Positions 1 to 16,208 of a stretch of DNA of 64,000 nucleotides are shown one piece after another. A program made the position numbers and the translations under genes. Source of the DNA: the human T2T-CHM13v2.0 reference genome, Homo sapiens; NCBI RefSeq assembly GCF_009914755.1, contig NC_060940.1; one strand, given 5' to 3'. The notes under the pieces are model-generated. The model was not told the origin of the DNA, did no database searches, and was given only the letters and a program-made list of their open reading frames with translations. How positions within the stretch are numbered: the stretch's first letter is position 1; each line of letters opens with the position of its first letter.

Positions 1-312
1 CCACCACTGAGATTCGTCCCTGAAACCATCAGCAGATGAAACTCAGCTGCTGGTTCTTTTGAGCGGCCACATGGAGACAATGAATAGGTATAATTAACAG
101 AAAAACAATATCCTGAAGGTTTCTTCATGCACTGAGCAGAAATCAAGTTGTTTGATACTTGCGCAGAACCAAAGCTGAGATCCGATTTCTTGTCTGTTGC
201 CCTGGAGTGAAAAGGGTTGTAGTCACGGCTATCTGCTGCTTTCCAGCATGCCAGGATATTTAAGTCAAGTGTTAAACTAGGCTCTATCCAGATAGCAAAA
301 AGTGGAATGTCA

Positions 313-619
<307 letters not shown>

Positions 620-1184
620 TCATCTCCCCCTCTCAGGGGCATCTTAGCCAAGCAGGGGACCTGTCTTTCTTGTTCTTTGCATGAGTCACCCAAGCACGAT
701 GCCTTCTCACAGTAGGCAGTCAATATTTGTTAAATAAAGCACTTTTGAATTAAAAGGTTCTAAAACGTCAGAGTTCCAGAATCACCAGGAGTAGACTACC
801 TGTCCAGTCTCAATAAAAGAGGCCTAGGGTGAGGCCAATACATCACTTTTTAAAAGCAACATATGCGATTTTTTACTTTTTTTAAAGATCAACTCCAAAT
901 ATAGGAAACACACGTGATTTTAATGCAGGCAGTCTTTAATTTCTATTTTTAAGAAAAGCTAATGTAACCACTTGAGTGTTTTGAAATCAGAGACCATATT
1001 GTGTCCTGTTCATGAGCGCCTATTGAGCTGTGTACCACACACTCTTCCTCGTTCTTGGGAAAGAGCAGAACAAAATCCCCTGTGTGCAACATGTTATGTG
1101 GATACTGAGATGGGGCAGGTGCATGCTCTTCAAGAGCCCATGGAGCAATGGGAGGGGAGAGATATAGAAAAAGTTTTTATAACA

Positions 1185-1814
<630 letters not shown>

Positions 1815-1964
1815 CTACATCCTTCCTTCCTTCTTCGCTCTCCACTGCTTCCAACCCACTGTCTCATACCTGGCAACAGTGCATCAAGCCTGTGGTTGTA
1901 TGAAGCGGGGTCTAAAGCCTAGTTTCTCTGTATCCACTGTTTAACCTTAAGCAAAAACAATGGG

Positions 1965-2230
1965 TAAGACCTGTTTGATAGCACAGTGGGGTGACTATAG
2001 TCAACAGTAATTTAATTGTATATTTTAAAATAACTAAAAGAGTATAATTGGATTGTTTGCAACACAAAGAGATAATGCCTGAGGGGATGGATACTGCATT
2101 CTCCATGATGTGATTACTATCTATTGCATGCCTGTATCAAAACATCTCATGTACCCCATAAATATACATACTTACCATGTACCCACAAAGATTAAAAATT
2201 TTAAAAATTTTTAATTAAAAAGAAAAAATA
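1965..2230 (+). mobile_element. L1MA-type 3' end fragment
   Basis: gtgactatagtcaac...catctcatgtaccccataaatata...A-rich end, typical of an L1MA 3' UTR. Confidence 0.8.
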
Positions 2231-3412
2231 ACCTTGGACAAGCCACTAACCTTCCTGAACCTCATTCTCATCTCGACTCTCCTCCTTGAACAACAGAGAC
2301 TCAGGAAGAAAAGGGGGCCTATTTTTATGTACCCCTGATTGACAGCCTGACAAACTCCCACTTACCTCATTGGGTTGATGCAATGAAATGAGGTCATGCA
2401 CATGAGGTGCTTTGCTCGGTGACAGCACCTGGTAAGCACTTGTCATATGTCAGCTGCCGCAATGATCATGAGCAACGGCCTCCACCACCCCATAGATTTA
2501 CCACCTCTGCCTTGTCCTTTACATTTACCCAATTTGGGGTTCATCTCTTTCCTTGAGACTTATCTTCTCCCATTACAACCTATGGGCATCTGGTGACTCT
2601 CATATTATTACATTCTTAGGTTCAGAGCCTATAGTTTGCTCCTCCTATCCTTCCTCGTGGGAGGATCCAATATATACCCCGCTTTAGACAAAGTGGGGGA
2701 GAACCGGCTTTTGATAAGAACACTTTGGTTGGCAATGCTTTCGCAAATAGAATCGCTCTTTTATTTCCACTGTATACTTTAGTCTGTTCCCCAGACTCTT
2801 TATCCCAGGCTTGGGCTCTGTCTCTGTTGGCTGACTAATTTTGCAGCCTAGGAACCCTAGCATTTGTGTAGACAACAGTTATATATGGATTATAGAGTCA
2901 ACGTATCTCAGTTTCCTTAGGTACTAAAAATACCACCTATTCCTGCAAACCAGCCCTTTTTCTCCAAGCCTAAGAAATGATCACCTCTGACTTCTATTAA
3001 AGTAATTGTGGATTTTGCCATTGAAAATAAGGGAAAAAATCACAATTCCTTTGTACCAACTTAATAAATGGTACTTTCCCAAATGCTATTAGGTCTGGCT
3101 GTCATCCCTTTCAAAGATAGCTCCCCACTTGAGAACTTTCAAGGTTTTGAAGGGTCTTTGGAATTCTTAAATTTTTAGCCCTTTTCCATGAATTCTCATG
3201 TTTGACAATTCCGGGTGAAAACCTTCAGACATTATGGAATGACATAGCTACCAATCTATGAGTAAATAAAACCAGTGTTACCTGGAAGCAAGGCAATTAC
3301 ATCATTAGTAAATAACTAGAGTCCTCCATGCAGAAATATAATATCTTTCTCCCTGAGTTGAGGGTTTTGTTGAAAGATTCAAAGCCAAAAAAAAGTTTAA
3401 AATCTATTTTTT

Positions 3413-3774
<362 letters not shown>

Positions 3775-3837
3775 TTATAGTTCTACCATTCTCGTGTGGA
3801 ATTGCAGGAGTGGTGGGAGCTCAGGTTGTTACTTTAA

Positions 3838-4174
<337 letters not shown>

Positions 4175-4956
4175 TTCTTGGGTTATTTATATGTCCCTCC
4201 GTTTGGCTGAGTGACCAACTTCTACTCAAGTTACTTCCTCTCAACAGCTTCCTCTGGTTTTCATCCTTCTCCCATATCAAATAAATTGCTTCCTCTTCTG
4301 TGCCCATCACACCTCAAGCATCTCTCTTACACACTGCGCAACAGATATTTTCCCGCAGGTCTTTCCAAGGGACTGAGCATCTCCATAAGCTAAAGTACCT
4401 CACATGTCTTTTATCCTCTTCCCCAGGTCTCACTCCCATGTAGGAATCAGCATCCCCTGAGTGTCCACTTCAGTTCTATTCAACCACCCAAATCCAGCAC
4501 TGTGGAGCGTTGTTAACTAACACAAACACTGGAGGGAATTCACCAGATTTTTTTTTCCCTCTGCTTTAGTTCAAAACACAATAAGACAAGAATATATAAT
4601 TTGGTTTCATTATGAGTTCGATTTCTGTAGAACATTCTGGCTCTTGGTTCAATGTTTAATTCATATGAACCCCTTACGACCATGATGTATATTTGATCAA
4701 GAGAACAACTACCATCCAAGGACGCAGGACAAAAGGAACAGTTGCTCCATCCAGATTACACTGCCTTGCTTTTTGCTTTCTCTTCTTCTCCTTCGAAGAA
4801 CATTCTGTCTCTTGTAAGCCAGTGTTCCTACTAATAGCCCCTTTAAAAATCCTCTTGAAGAATCCCACTAGTTATCCTGTTGCCAAGTAGGTACTTCCTT
4901 TATAATAGCTGGTTGAATGTTTCTCCCATTCCTTTAAAAATAGTAACCATTCTTGC

Positions 4957-5115
4957 AGGACCAAGACTATGATTAGTCAAGACAGACAGCTAGGGTATAA
5001 AATGTAAGGCAGCGCTCACTTTCAGGTGCTGATCCTGCACTTGTGTGACTCAGAGAATGGCCACCTCCTTAAATTTTGCACCCCAGTCACCTCCTCTGCC
5101 CCACCCTCATCTATT
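4957..5115. mobile_element. Palindromic hAT MITE (MER96-like)
   Basis: Arms gggtataaaatgtaagg...ccttaaattttgcaccc around gctgatcctgcacttg; family name from memory. Confidence 0.6.
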
Positions 5116-5899
5116 CCCCACATTATTGCAAAGACCCAACATGCAGCTGCTCTAAAAAGGAGCTGAGTGTTTGAATCCTTTCTCTACCCTTCCAGTGGAT
5201 TAATTCATGGTTCCTGACATTCTACTTTTCCAGTCACTCTTCCATCTGGGTCAGAATCTTGGGGCTCACGCACTTTAGACTCCAGAAGAAGCTACTTGGC
5301 AAAAGCCAGAAATTCCAGATCTCAAGCCTACTTGCAATGAACATGTTACATTTAAATACCCACTTTATGTTTTAGATAATCATCAATCCCTCCCAAAGAT
5401 GGATATTGTTAATATGAGGAATATCTCACAGATGACTTTGGTAGATGTGTTTCTTAATTAAAGTATTACTCATTTCTTCTTTTTCAAAGCTTTTAATTTA
5501 TCATCTAACAGGCGTAGTGATCCATGGAATTACCCCCCTCTTGATTTTTCCCCCTTTTTACACGGATATGCTTATTACCATTCATAGCATAAGCCAAGTG
5601 CTATGGTTATTAAGTGCTGTCATTTGTACCCTAATGACTTTGTGCCTTTCACACCATTAAAAAGGAAGTTGGCTACTATGAAGCACTAAATGAAGCCCCA
5701 AACAAAGACTGAGGATTATTAACCCTCGTGGCCCAAGTGTGAAGGAACTAACCACTCACGTAGGTGAGGGGAGATAGGAGGTTCTAGATTTGCAACCACA
5801 TTCATGGAAACTCTTTGGAATGTAGTAACCAAAGTCCCCAACTACTTTCCAGAATTTTGCCCCACCTTGACTTTTGCTCTTTTGTCCCCAAGGCCATTG

Positions 5900-6258
5900 G
5901 CTTTTTTCAGTCTCTCCTGTCACATTCCACTTCCTCTGCTTGGAATGGTCTTCTCTCTCTCCTCTTGCCATAGCTAAATCCCATCCATCCTCTAAATCCT
6001 AGCTCAATTATCACTTCTTCAGAGAAGCACTCCCTGATCTTCCCAACCAGGTCAAATCCCCATCCACAACCTCATAACACCATCTTACCAAGTGGTAATG
6101 TTACATTTGTTTGAGTCATTCTTGGATAAAGCCCATGGCTCCATGAGACTGTAAAAGCCTCACCAGCTTAGGGGGTCTTGTAGGGGGTTGGCTTGCTTGC
6201 CACTGTCTTCCCAGGGCTTAACAGTTAGTACACACTCAGTGTATTTGTTGAATGAAAA
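5900..6258 (+). mobile_element. L2 3' fragment
   Basis: cacattccacttcctctgcttggaatg...ctcagtgtatttgttgaatgaa. Confidence 0.7.
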
Positions 6259-8568
6259 AGCTTGGAGCCAAATATATCAGTCAGTACCCTGGCAGGAAGC
6301 AAGCAGCACACTTAGCTGGGGTTCTAAAGGTATCAGAGTTAAGGAAACCAACTCAACAGGGATGTTGAGATGCCCAGAAACTAGCCACAGTAGGAAGATA
6401 TTACCCACCCTGGGCCTGAAGGGGCACGAGGAAGCAAAGGCATTAACAGATTGCACAGAGAAAGCTAGGACCTTGCAGGAGCTGTAGTTGTGAAGAGGCA
6501 TAGCTACTTCCAGAGACCCATCACAAGGCAGGAATGAAAGGGGAAATATCTTCATTCTCCTTTCTCCTGTTTTCTGATCTAGCAGGATCTCATTGGCCAA
6601 AGCCAACTGGAAGCCATGGGACAAGGAGCCCAGTAGATATAGTCCATGGGGGAATGAATAGAGGCCAGAGAATGGAAGAGTGGAGGAACCCCCTATTGAT
6701 AACCAAGACCCCAAGGTTGCAGCCCAGGACCCCTCCTCAGCCCTGATTGAGGCTTCCAGCCACCCCACCTCTCCTAATTTCATTGCAGACAGTAATGACT
6801 ATAACTACTGCCGAGAAATGACCGTGACTACTGCTCCTCTGCTTGCATGGGGTGAGCCAATTAAATTTTCCCCATGGGTCACGCGCTGAGTCTTGAACAC
6901 CAGCCAACTTCATTGAGAGCATGAACTGATGGCATGAGTTCAGCTCCAATGGGTTGCAATCCACTGGGGTTAAATAAACAAATCAGGAACTCTGCATTAA
7001 TGAGTCTAGCTACACAGAGTGAAATATTTTTGAATAAATTTTTCTGAGAGCATCTATCAGGACGCTGCAGCTCCTGTGCTGCTGTCTGTCTTTAACCTTG
7101 AGGGAAACAGCTGGGGCAGTTTTCAAAAAGGATGGGCTTGAGGAACAAGAGTCTTTGTTGGCTGCACGTCTATTCACAGAGAAGCAAAAAATTTGGAGAC
7201 AGGAGTTCCAGGCTGTCACCAAGGGGGCTTCTCCTTGGTGCACGGTGATCTAGCTCCTGCCCACTCCGCTTTGCTAAGTCAACCCTCTCTAAATCACCAT
7301 GAACCGGGTTCAAGGGCTTCCTTCCAGTCTTTCTCCTTCCTCCCTCGGATCTGTTCACCTTCTTGTTCCCTTACCTTGCCCTACTCCTGGCTCTCAGATC
7401 CCTGGGCCTGTTCCAATCTCTGATCTACATTTTAGAGATGGAGGTGGGAGAAGAAACCATTGTTCTCCAAGGTTTCCATGGCCCTCTTCTTATCGAGGAC
7501 TGGATCAGTCTGTGACTCACAACAGCCAGGTAGCACCACGGTTATTCATTTGACTTAGGATGATCCCAGATTGGCCTCCTCAACCTCATTCTTTCTCTTA
7601 AGCCCCATACCCAGGAATTTCCTGCCATTTTCCCCTGGCTGCCCAGCCAGGATCTCAAACACAACACTAGACATGAATGCAGCCTCTTCTCCTTGGAGAG
7701 GAAACCAGGTCTAATGGAAAAGCCTGGGCTTGGCCCCCTGCCTTCTGACCTTACTCCCAGCTCCTCCACTATCAGCTGTGTGATCTTAGGTGAAACACTT
7801 AGCATCTCGGAACCTAAGGTTTGTTGTTCCAAAATGAAGCTCAGCAAAGATGATGGGAATGCTATACAGATGTGAATATTGTTGTCATCATTTTTGTCAT
7901 TATCATCATTGCATTGTGACAAATCCCTCACTGGGAACCCCATTCTGACTAGTGTGTCTAGAGTATCATAGTCCTCCTGGTCAGCTGTGAGTCATCTCTA
8001 ATTCTTTCTCTCCTCAGTCTCTATGTCATACCCACATCCTAATTTCCAGAACCTGCCAGTCATGCCACGTAATCACTGTGTCCTGTAGCCAGACCCACCC
8101 CTCACATCTGCAGGGCCCTGGGCAAGAGTGCAAATGGAGGATCCCAGCCCGTGGTCAGTCCCCTTCTGTCTCCACCCCAGAGTCCCACCCACACCACCAG
8201 GAGGGGTCCTGCCCATGTAGTGGGAAAAAGTCCTCATGTGGTCTTGGGGCCATTTGGGAATAGAATTCTGGAAGGCCAGGAACCCAAAGCATGGTCTAGA
8301 AGTGTATGTGTTGGGGGAGACTTTGCTTTGCATGGCTGTCCCTTTGGCTTCAACCAAAGGGAGCCATAGGTAGGGGTGCTGACATAGGTAGGGATGCAAG
8401 CAGAGGAAGGCCAGGGTAGGCCCCTCTAAGTGGGGCCCAGGTCTCAGAGTAGAATCTCTCCTCTGGACTTGGGAGTCAAACAGAACCCAGTTGGAGTCCC
8501 CCTTTTATTAGGTGGCCTCGAGTATATCATAGGCGGGACCATCCTATAATCCTATAAGGAAAGAAATA

Positions 8569-9076
<508 letters not shown>

Positions 9077-9134
9077 TTAACAGACATCTGCCCTCAACCT
9101 TCACGGCAGTTCTATTAGGTGGGTGAGAACCTGG

Positions 9135-9583
9135 GCCGAGCAGAATAATACCACGCAAACGTGCCCACATCCTCATCCCCAGAACCTGTGAATCTGGTAC
9201 CTCACATGGAAAAACGGACTTTGCCGATGAGATTAAGTTAGGGACTTGGGGATGGGGAGATCCTCCTGGGTTTTTCAAAGAGGGAGGCAGGAGGAGGGTG
9301 AGAGTCAGAGAGATTTGAAGCTCTACCCTGCTGGCTTTGAAGACGGTGGGAGGGACCTGCAAGCAAAGAAATGCAAGGGCTTCTTCTAAAGACGGGAAAG
9401 TCAAGGAAACAAATTCCTCCCTGGAAACAAATGCAGGAAGGAATGCAGCCCTGCCGGAGCCTTGATGTTAACCCTGTAAAACCCATTTCAAACTTTTGAC
9501 CTCCAGAACGGTAAGATAATAAATTTGTGCTTCAAGTCACTGTTGGTGGTCATCTGTTACAGTAATAATAGGAAACTGATACA
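9135..9583 (+). mobile_element. MaLR LTR (MLT1D-like)
   Basis: gcagaataat...cccagaacctgtgaat...ataggaaactgataca. Confidence 0.8.
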
Positions 9584-10211
9584 AAACCTTACCTTCACTT
9601 TGTAGAAAATAAAGGGGGGAAAAACCCACAGTGTCACCGAGAGGCTGGGGGAACTGCCTGAAGTCACACAGTCAGAGAATGCAGGAGCCTGGATCCCTCC
9701 TGAGACTCCCGTGGCTCCACAGTACAGGCTGGGTCCTCACAGGAAAGGCATATGCATTTGGTAAACAGGGGAATATTGGGGAAGCCATGGGAAAGTGATG
9801 TTCACTTCTCTGTGATACTTCCCAGCACAGAAATGATTTGAAGCAATCAGAGACGAGCTGTCTCACTAGCAAAGAGGACGTCTTCGCAATACGTGAAGAC
9901 CTTCAGAACAAAACCGAAAGTCTTACAAAAGGGCCTTCCGTGGTGCAAATAGTGGCTGGTTAGGGACTTCAAGATCTGCCACACTCTCCACTTCCAGACC
10001 CCAGGATCTGGCCGCTGCCTTCCCCTCCACCTGCCCTTGTATTTTTCTCCACCACTCTGGCCTCCTCTTAGAGAATCCCACGTGGGATTCAGATCCACCT
10101 GGAGCCAAAGCATATGTTCCCCCTCTCCCTGAATCCCTATTGCTCAGCTCTTTCTGTGGCTCACTCCTTCCTGCTCTTCAGGTCTCACCCATCACCTCCT
10201 TAAACCCACCT

Positions 10212-11063
<852 letters not shown>

Positions 11064-11892
11064 TGTAGCACATTTTTTTTTATGATTATGATAAGCCTAT
11101 TTAATAAGGGAAACTGTGATTCCCCCAGGACAGAGAGAGAACATCTGTTTCAGCCAGCTCCCGGCCCAGGGCTTTGGTTCTGTTGAATGACTGAACAAAT
11201 AAATAAATGAATGAATGAATGAGTGAACGAATGAGTAGTATAGCTATTATCACTCACATAAGATGAGATGCAGAGAGAGGAAGCCAGTTGTTAGAATGAT
11301 ATTACCAACTCAAAGCAGAACCAGGTTTCAGCCCTGGAATGTTCCCACTGCCTCCTGCCACCATGCACTTGGGATGCTGTCAAATTGGCCTCCCAGACAC
11401 CAGAAGTGTCAGAGAAAGTCCAGATGTCCTTTGAGCTTAGAATGTTGGCATCTTGAGGTGCTTGAATGACATGACTCAGATTTCCTCCCTCCACTGTCTG
11501 GATGGGAAACCAGCTCTGTTGGAGATGGCCTGAGTAAATCCAGAATCCCAGCCCTGGAAAATCCAGCTGCCAAGACCAGATATGGCCAGCCACGCAGCTG
11601 GCCGTGGCATCCCAGACTGGGTGTGGGACCATGGTCCTGATTATGAACAGACTCCGCTGGGCCACCCAGGCTGCACTTAGCAGGCCACCAAGAGATAGCT
11701 GCCCAGGCCAGGGGCTCTAGGATGTGGGGTAGGCAGGACAAAGACCTCTAGGTGAGGCTCAGCCACATGACATCTCACTGTCTCCACATATCCACTTTTT
11801 CATTCATTCATTCATCCCAGAAGCTATTGTGTGACAGATGTCCTTTTGCACTATGGACTCTGAGGTAGACACCATTGTCCTGCCCATATAGA

Positions 11893-12205
11893 GCTGCAAT
11901 CCCCAATATGGTAGCTATGAGCTATGGGAGGCCAATGAGGACTTCAAGTGTGGCTCATCTGAATTGAGATTTACTCTCAGTGTAAAATACACCCTAGATT
12001 CCAAACAGTCCCCCCCAAAAAAGCGTAAATTATTACTTCATTATATTGAGTATATATTGAAATAACATGTTGGATATATTTGGTTAAAGAAAATATCTCA
12101 AAATTAATTTCACCAGTTTCTTTTTACATTTCTTGACGTGGTTAATTTGAAAATTTTTAGCCACATTTGTGGTTCGCTTTATATTTATTTTAGATGGCAC
12201 TGTTC
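11893..12205 (-). mobile_element. MER33 (hAT-Charlie)
   Basis: ccaatatggtagc...gtgtaaaatacacc...aaaattaatttcacc. Confidence 0.75.
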
Positions 12206-12562
12206 TATTGATTTGCAATGGAGAGGAGAGGCTGATGTGTAACTTACAAGGCTGGGGTAAGGTTGACATCACTAGCCAACTGAGGTGTGAAGGGGTAAGT
12301 GCTTGGGCGAGACTGTGAGGTTGAGGGTGGAGGGCAAATACTTAGAAGAGCTCACATCCAAGTCAACAACAGCAAGACAAATCCAAGGTAGCTCAGGACC
12401 AGGGCACTCCAGGAAGGGACCCAGGACGTACAGAGACACAGTGCAGAGAGCCCAGTGAACTTCAGATACATCGTAAGTGGTGGACGTGAGTGTGTGATGA
12501 AAGGTGAAGAAAAGCAATAAAGCCAGAAAAGGCAACAGTTACTAGCTCCAGAAACATGCAGT

Positions 12563-12852
12563 CCAGTGCTGTTCAGCAGAATTATGTGAGCCACATGCAA
12601 AGTTTTAAATTTTCTAGTTTCTAGCCATATTTTCAAAACTACAAAAAACTAATTTTAATAATTGTTATTTCAACATGTAATAAATGTCAACAACTCTTAC
12701 TGAAATAGTTTGGATTCTTTTTTATGATGATTAAGTCTGTGAAGTCTGGTGTGAATTTTACACTGACAGCACGTGGCAATTTTTACTAGCCAAATTTCAA
12801 AGGCGCACTTGCCACATTGACTAGTGGCTATAGGATTAGGCAATGCAGGTCT
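12563..12852 (+). mobile_element. MER33 (hAT-Charlie)
   Basis: cagtgctgttc...gagccacat...ttttaaattttctag...ctagtggcta. Confidence 0.75.
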
Positions 12853-14412
12853 ACTAGACAGTTCTCTTGAATACAGTGGGGAAGGGTTTTAAGCAGTAGA
12901 GTACTTTAAAAAAAAAAAAAAAAAAAAAGCACCTCTGGTGGTCCCAACGGAGAAGACAAGTCTCCCACGTGCTACTGAGCTTTCTGGAGCCCATCGAGCC
13001 CATCACCACTATCTTCTGGGCACTGTCACCCCCGCCGGGGTGCTTTCACTTATAAACGGTAATTTGGGAGCAATGTCTCTTTTGTGCAGACTTTGCTTTG
13101 CCAAGGTGTTATATGAGAGCAGTTTGGGGTGTTGACAACAGAGGAAGGGGAAGCTGCCCTCTCAGATCCCCCATGGTTCTCACCACCTTTCAGATGGGCA
13201 CCAGAGGCAAGAACCTTGGATGTTTTATCTGTGAAACTGTGGTGCTTAACTCAGCTAATCATTGTGATGCTTAACTCTGCTTATCATCAGGTTTCTCCTC
13301 TGTGAAACTGATGCAGACACTTCTAAGAGGCTTGGTGTGTGTGGATAAAAGGAAGCAACTTATGCAAAGGGCCTCATATGGTGGCCTAAGAAAGAATTAA
13401 TCAAGAACAATATCATTTCTTTCCTTCAACATTGTCATCAGAAAGGCTCCAAGAGCAGCCTAACAAGAGGATAGAAATGCACACAGCGTGAATAGGAGGT
13501 CAGGCTACTTAAATGGCCTCTTGGAAATACTGCTAATCCTTTATCCATCCTTTCCGTAAGGGACTTCAAGGAGTCAGTTCATTTCAGAAAGAAATATCCA
13601 AAAAGCATGCAGATTAGAGGCAGCCCTGCAGGGAGCTTTTTCTCCTAGCATCACAATAAGCTTTAACTGGTGAGAAAACAGCTTTTCAGTTTCTCTGGGC
13701 TCTGTCTTACTGGAGAGGCAGCTTAAAAGTTGTTCCTAGTCTCCAAGGAGTTTTCAGATGCTAATAACTTGCCAGGGTGATAAATAACTGAATGCTGGAG
13801 ATCTATGACGTGAGACACTACCTACCTCATTCCTCTGCCTTTGAGAGTCAAACAAAGCAGTACGGACTAGGCAGAACTGGGAAAGAGCTTTAGTTTTGAA
13901 GTCTGGCAGCCCTGAGTGCCAACCACAATTGTGTCACAATTAACTACGTAATCTTTGGGTAAATTGCTTCTATTTTTGAGCATCAGGGTACATTATCTGT
14001 AAAATGGGGATATATTTTGCAAGGTAATAATTATGTATGTGAGATAAGAATATATTATCTATTATTGCATTTAACTCCCCCACCCCCAACAAACTTAGAG
14101 GCACTTATGATCTCCCAGTTTCTGTGAGTGGGGAATCTGGGCACAGCTTAGTTGGTCCTTTGATTCTCACAAGGCTGCAATTGGGGTGTTACAGGAAAGG
14201 GGTCCTGATCCAGACCCCAAGACAGGGCTCTTGGGTCTCACACAAGAGAGAATTCAGGGCCAGTCCACAGTGCAAAGCAAAAACAAGTTCAAGAAAGTCA
14301 AGTGGTGAAACAATAGCTATGCCGTAGACAGAGTAGTGAGTTCCTGAAAGAGGAGGAACACGTTCACCCTGGGTACAATGCTTGTTTAAATGTAGGATAA
14401 AAAAAGAGCATG

Positions 14413-14710
14413 GGCTGGGCGCGGTGGCTCACGCCTGTAATCCCAGCACTTTGGGAGGCCAAGGCAGGCGGATCACAAAGTCAGGAGATCAAGACCATCC
14501 TAGCTAACAAGGTGAAACCCCATCTCTGCTAAAAATACAAAAAATTAGCCGGGCGTGGTGGCAGGCGCCTGTAGTCCCAGCTACTCAGGAAGTTGAGGCT
14601 GGAGAATGGCATGAACTTGGGAGGCGGAGCTTGCAGTGAGCCAAGATCACGCCACTGCACTCCAGCGTGGGCAACAGAGACTCCATCTCAAACAAACAAA
14701 CAAACAAAAA
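14413..14710 (+). mobile_element. AluY inside MER41 copy 1
   Basis: AluY diagnostics (gaccatcct.gctaac, agaatggcatgaac, gcggagcttgcag); TSD aaaaagagcatg. Confidence 0.93.
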
Positions 14711-14766
14711 GAGCATGGGGACAGGCTCTGCTACGAGGGTTTGTGATAAAGGATTAATTTTCTTAA

Positions 14767-15216
<450 letters not shown>

Positions 15217-15895
15217 TAGAGGCTAGGAATACCTAACTCTCTGGGGATGCAGCCCAGCAAGTCCCAGCCTCATTTTCCTAGCCCTCACTCAGGACAGAGT
15301 TGCTCTGGTTCAAATGCCTCTGACAAAGGTGTCAGCTGGGGCTGTGGTCTCAAATGGGGAAGGGTCTGCTTCCAAGGTCTCTGTGGTCGTTGGCAGGATT
15401 CAGTTCCTCACTGGCATTTGGACCGAGGGTATCTGCTCCTCATTGACTGTCGGCTGGGGTCTGCCTTCAGTTTCTTGCCATGTGGACCTCTCCATAGGGC
15501 AGCTCACAACATGGCAGTTTGAGTCATCAGAACAAGGAAGCATCAAGAGTTAGAGAAAGAGGGACGGCAAGATGGAAGTCACGGTCCTTTATTACCTAAT
15601 TTTGGAAGTGATGTATCATCACTTTTGCTCTATTCTGTTGCTTAGAAGCAAGTCACTAGGTGTAGCCCATGTTCACGGGGAGGGGATGAGTACCAGGCAA
15701 TGGGGATGACTGACAACCATTTTAGAAGGTGTCTGCTACAATATATGAAGATTCCCGGTGGGTAGTAGCTATAATGAACAAATGTGAAAACCTTTGAAAA
15801 GCAGAGCTCACTACAAAAATAAAAGGAATCTACTGAATTATGTATTAGGGTCAAGAAATTTTAACAATCATATGACACTATTAATCAGAGATCAG

Positions 15896-16208
15896 GGCCG
15901 GGCACAGTGGCTCATGCCTGTCATCTCAGCACTTAGGGGAGGCCAACGGGGGAGGATCACTTGAGGCCAACAGTTCATGAGCAGCCTGGGCAACATGGCA
16001 AAACCACATCTCTACTAAAAAAAAAAAAAAAAAAAAAAAAAGGCAAAAAATTAGCTGAGCACGTGGTGACGCTTGCCAGTAATCCTAGCTACTTGGTAGG
16101 CTGACGTGGGAGCATTGCTTGAGACCAGGAGGTCAAACCTGCAGTGATCTGTGATTGTACTGCTTTACTCCAGCCAAGGCAACAGAGCAAGACCCTGTCC
16201 CCCCAAAA
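15896..16208 (+). mobile_element. Alu (AluJ-like) with expanded middle A tract
   Basis: Diverged dimer. Confidence 0.9.

Noticed and set aside
6277-6783. Longest ORF in the track (168 aa, minus strand)
   Set aside because: No recognisable domain, and it overlies what looks like degraded LTR sequence.
10073-10090. Perfect 18-bp palindrome GAATCCCACGTGGGATTC with a central E-box
   Set aside because: About 0.24 such palindromes are expected by chance in 64 kb (64000/4^9), and nothing else supports it.
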